From NCBI GenBank assembly GCA_977016875.1, contig CDRNST010000265.1, positions 248,001 through 312,000 on the forward strand: a stretch of DNA of 64,000 nucleotides. Reading direction: 5' to 3'. The notes under the pieces were generated by a model. It saw only the letters and a list, made by a program, of their open reading frames with translations, made no database searches and was not told the origin of the DNA. Below are positions 61,501 to 64,000 of this stretch, piece after piece. Position 1 is the stretch's first letter. Every line of letters begins with the position of its first letter. Position numbers and translations under genes: made by a program. This DNA is from Pavona decussata (taxonomy: Eukaryota).

Positions 61501-63216
61501 TCCACTTGCTTCAAATTTTATCACAAAACTGGATGTTTTTGTTGTTTTATGCTGGATTTTGTGGCACTGTGAGAAGAAATCCACCCTTACTGGTATGTTC
61601 AAAAAATAAAACTCGTCCACAAATTTTCGACATGTAAAGCCTAGAACGGGATGAAATTTTGCCTTATTTTAAAACTAATTTTCGAACAAGGTCTTTCTTG
61701 GATCTCTCAGTGAGTAGTTTTTAGTCGGCAGGGTTAAAAATCAATCAAAATGGTTTCGAAAAACAAAGAAACTCAACCAAGATATAAAAATGTGAACTTT
61801 AAATTGGCAAAAAAGATGCAATTCTAGCACTGATATAGTCTGCCAAGACGGAAGTCTTTTAGCGCCATCTCGATCGGCCACATAACTAAGAGACTTGGAA
61901 AACATATACAAAACGTATCCTTTGACATATATAAAAAAAAAAAAATAATAAGAAAATAACATGTACAAAATACAAAATACAAAATGTATGCTTTGAAATC
62001 CGCAATGGACAGAGATAAACGTTCAAAGTCAGCGCGTGTAGAATACCTTCCCCATCGATTGATATCGGCCTATATAGCCTAAAGTTATGATTGCTACGGA
62101 TAAATATAATACCAGGGATGTATAAATTTTGTTAAATGCCAGCTATTTGTTTGCGATAAGTCACAAAATGAAGTGGTTTCTGCTTAAATATTATATCAAA
62201 AAGACTTAATTGCAATTTACATCACTGCTATCTCAATCTAACCCTTAAAATGAAACAATTCTGTTCAATTCTAGCACACATCCAAAATGGAAACAGAAAT
62301 TTGTGTGAAACATTATAACAATGATGTCAACAATAAGGACGCCATCCAAGTTGATTACGTGGTTATTGGAGGTACGTAAAATCAGTTGTAAATGAAGACC
62401 AAGCAACAATTTATGTTTATTGTCCTTGCCGACAATCGTTTCTCTGGACTTTTCTTTACCTAAAATTAAGGACAAAGTCTTTGGACGATTCTCGTTGACG
62501 TATTCTTTTTTTGCGGACTGTAGAAATATGTATGCACGAATGAAAGACTACCAGTTCTCCAACCCACACTTACAGTGTTGAGCCCGTGTACCGAAATAGG
62601 TCAGTTGTCTTCTGGAGAAAGTGGTGGGAAAGTACTATGTGATTGACAGTGGATAGCATGGCTTCTAGGTCAGATCATGATACACTGGAAATTATATATA
62701 TTGAAATATTTTTCCCAATCCCTTTTGTCTACCATTCCAGGTACATTCATAGCAGATATGACGCTAATACAAAGACGCTTGTACACGTCTCCATGTTGAC
62801 TCAGAGGGGATTGAGAAGAATGTATTTTTCCTTTGAGCGTTTCCGGTTTTGATAACTGCCATAATACCAAGCCAAATACATAGGAATTTTTATATTCATC
62901 CTCCCTGAACCCAATTTCAAATCCACACGCTCTTCTCTTGCCTCCAACCGGATGTTCTACTTTCTCGTAACATTCCTTCCTTTGCACATATTTCCAGACT
63001 TGGATCCATGTTTAGACGTCACGTGCGATTACCACTGTCTTTGTAAGGCTTTTGGGCCTTCCGATGCTCGCTGTGTCAGTGTTGAGACCTGTCCCTCGTT
63101 TCAAGAACCAATCTGTTCCTCAAATGGTACGACTTATGACAACAAGTGCCTGTTTGAACAGGAAATGTGTTTGCTGCAACTGAATTTTACAGTGCAACAT
63201 CCTGGCAGCTGTGAAG
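55530..63216 (+). CDS. Tandem paralogue (copy 2) of the multi-lectin gene, exons 1-7, 3' part beyond window
   Basis: Exons 55530-55608, 55991-56349, 59586-59750, 61049-61159, 61258-61380, 62275-62371, 62998-63216. Lengths identical to copy 1 exons 1-7, splice sites intact, no stops. Confidence 0.88.
55991..56349 (+). CDS. Copy 2 exon 2 (H-lectin-like)
   Basis: 359 nt, 4 amino-acid differences from 1292-1650. Confidence 0.88.
56913..57818. repeat. Complex (GAGT)n microsatellite, copy 2
   Basis: Same higher-order blocks as 2215-3145. Confidence 0.9.
57819..59469 (-). mobile_element. Non-LTR retrotransposon fragments, copy 2
   Basis: Near-identical to 3146-4790. Confidence 0.75.
59586..59750 (+). 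CDS. Copy 2 exon 3
   Basis: 165 nt, equivalent to 4931-5095. Confidence 0.88.
60132..60625. mobile_element. Foldback MITE, uninterrupted form
   Basis: Palindrome centred on aaccc-ttat-gagtt at ~60371-60384. Confidence 0.85.
61049..61380 (+). CDS. Copy 2 exons 4 (61049-61159) and 5 (61258-61380)
   Basis: Equivalent to 6793-6903 and 7006-7128. Confidence 0.86.
62275..62371 (+). CDS. Copy 2 exon 6
   Basis: Equivalent to 10315-10411. Confidence 0.86.
62998..63216 (+). CDS. Copy 2 exon 7, follistatin/Kazal
   Basis: Equivalent to 11052-11270. Confidence 0.9.
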
Positions 63217-64000
63217 GTATGATTACTTAGATATAGGTTGAATTCTAGATACGTCTCTGAAGACTTCTGGCATGCACATTATGCAAACCAAGAATAGGCA
63301 ATTGTAACAATGTCTGCAGCATTACACTCTTGTAAAAGATGCCGACCGGGGAACTAATATTACGAAAACATGTTTCATGTTTGAGAGGAAAGATGTTATA
63401 CTTCGAGACATTCACAACTCTGGAGTTCTAAGCTAAAGGCTGTCTTGAATTAGTCCAAAAAAAATTCAAACTTAAAATTTCAAACTCCCACAAACCTAAG
63501 AATTCAACGTCATTTTACTTTATAGTCGAAGGTGATCTAAACGGAGGTTTGGCGGGATGCGGGATCTGGCTTATTTTGGGACCGTTATTCCATGTGCGAG
63601 TAGAGTAGGGATGCATTATCATTAAACCGGAGAGGGTGAGGGATTTTATGTTTGTTAAGGGGTCGACATACGGGTATCGGGAGGGATAATAGGAGAATAC
63701 GGGTTACAATTTGACATGACGTTATGTATTGACTATGCATTTCATAATTCATTTGGTAAAAGGAGGATTGCCCTGTCATTCATCCCTATTGCAATAGGCC
63801 ATTTTACAGTTGTGTTTAGTGACGTGGCCTTGGATTGGCGATCTATATATGAAAGCAGTGAGGTCTGTAAAAAAAAGTGACTAAGCACACAACTGTAAAA
63901 TGGTCTATTCTCTATAAATTCAGAAACCAAATTTAACGATTTGGCTTGATCGGAATTTAGACGGAAAGAAGGGCGTGATGGCGAAAAAAACGGGCGTAAA

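Larger units (their letters stand above)
54738..64000 (+). repeat. Segmental/tandem duplication of window positions 1-~12130
   Basis: Collinear similarity of upstream region, exons and introns. Differs by TE insertions present only in copy 1. Confidence 0.95.

Overview
AT-rich eukaryotic (intron-containing) genomic DNA. The gene and repeat content suggests a cnidarian such as a stony coral, which is an inference. (1) A complete 18-exon + strand gene (804-25705) was assembled by hand with every GT-AG junction in phase: 3258 nt, 1085 aa. It encodes a secreted mosaic protein: signal peptide - 3 H-type-lectin-like repeats - follistatin/Kazal - 3 H-type-lectin-like repeats - C-type lectin - 4 Ca-binding EGF - uromodulin/GP2-type D10C domain. 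(2) A tandem paralogue begins about 54.7 kb downstream (exons 1-7 at 55530-63216, cut by the window end), preceded by about 11 kb of degenerate tandem units. (3) Between the two copies lies a 9.8-kb long-TIR Mutator(MULE)-like transposon. Its spliced minus-strand gene appears to fuse an N-terminal OTU cysteine-protease domain to a GCM-like Zn finger and a DDE transposase, with one in-frame stop. (4) Nested TEs are dense: foldback MITEs, Harbinger-, Kolobok- and Transib-like elements, a solo LTR, non-LTR and Penelope fragments, and an AcademH-like RecQ relic. Several empty insertion sites are visible within the window. No prokaryotic features, rRNA, tRNA or CRISPR array were recognised.
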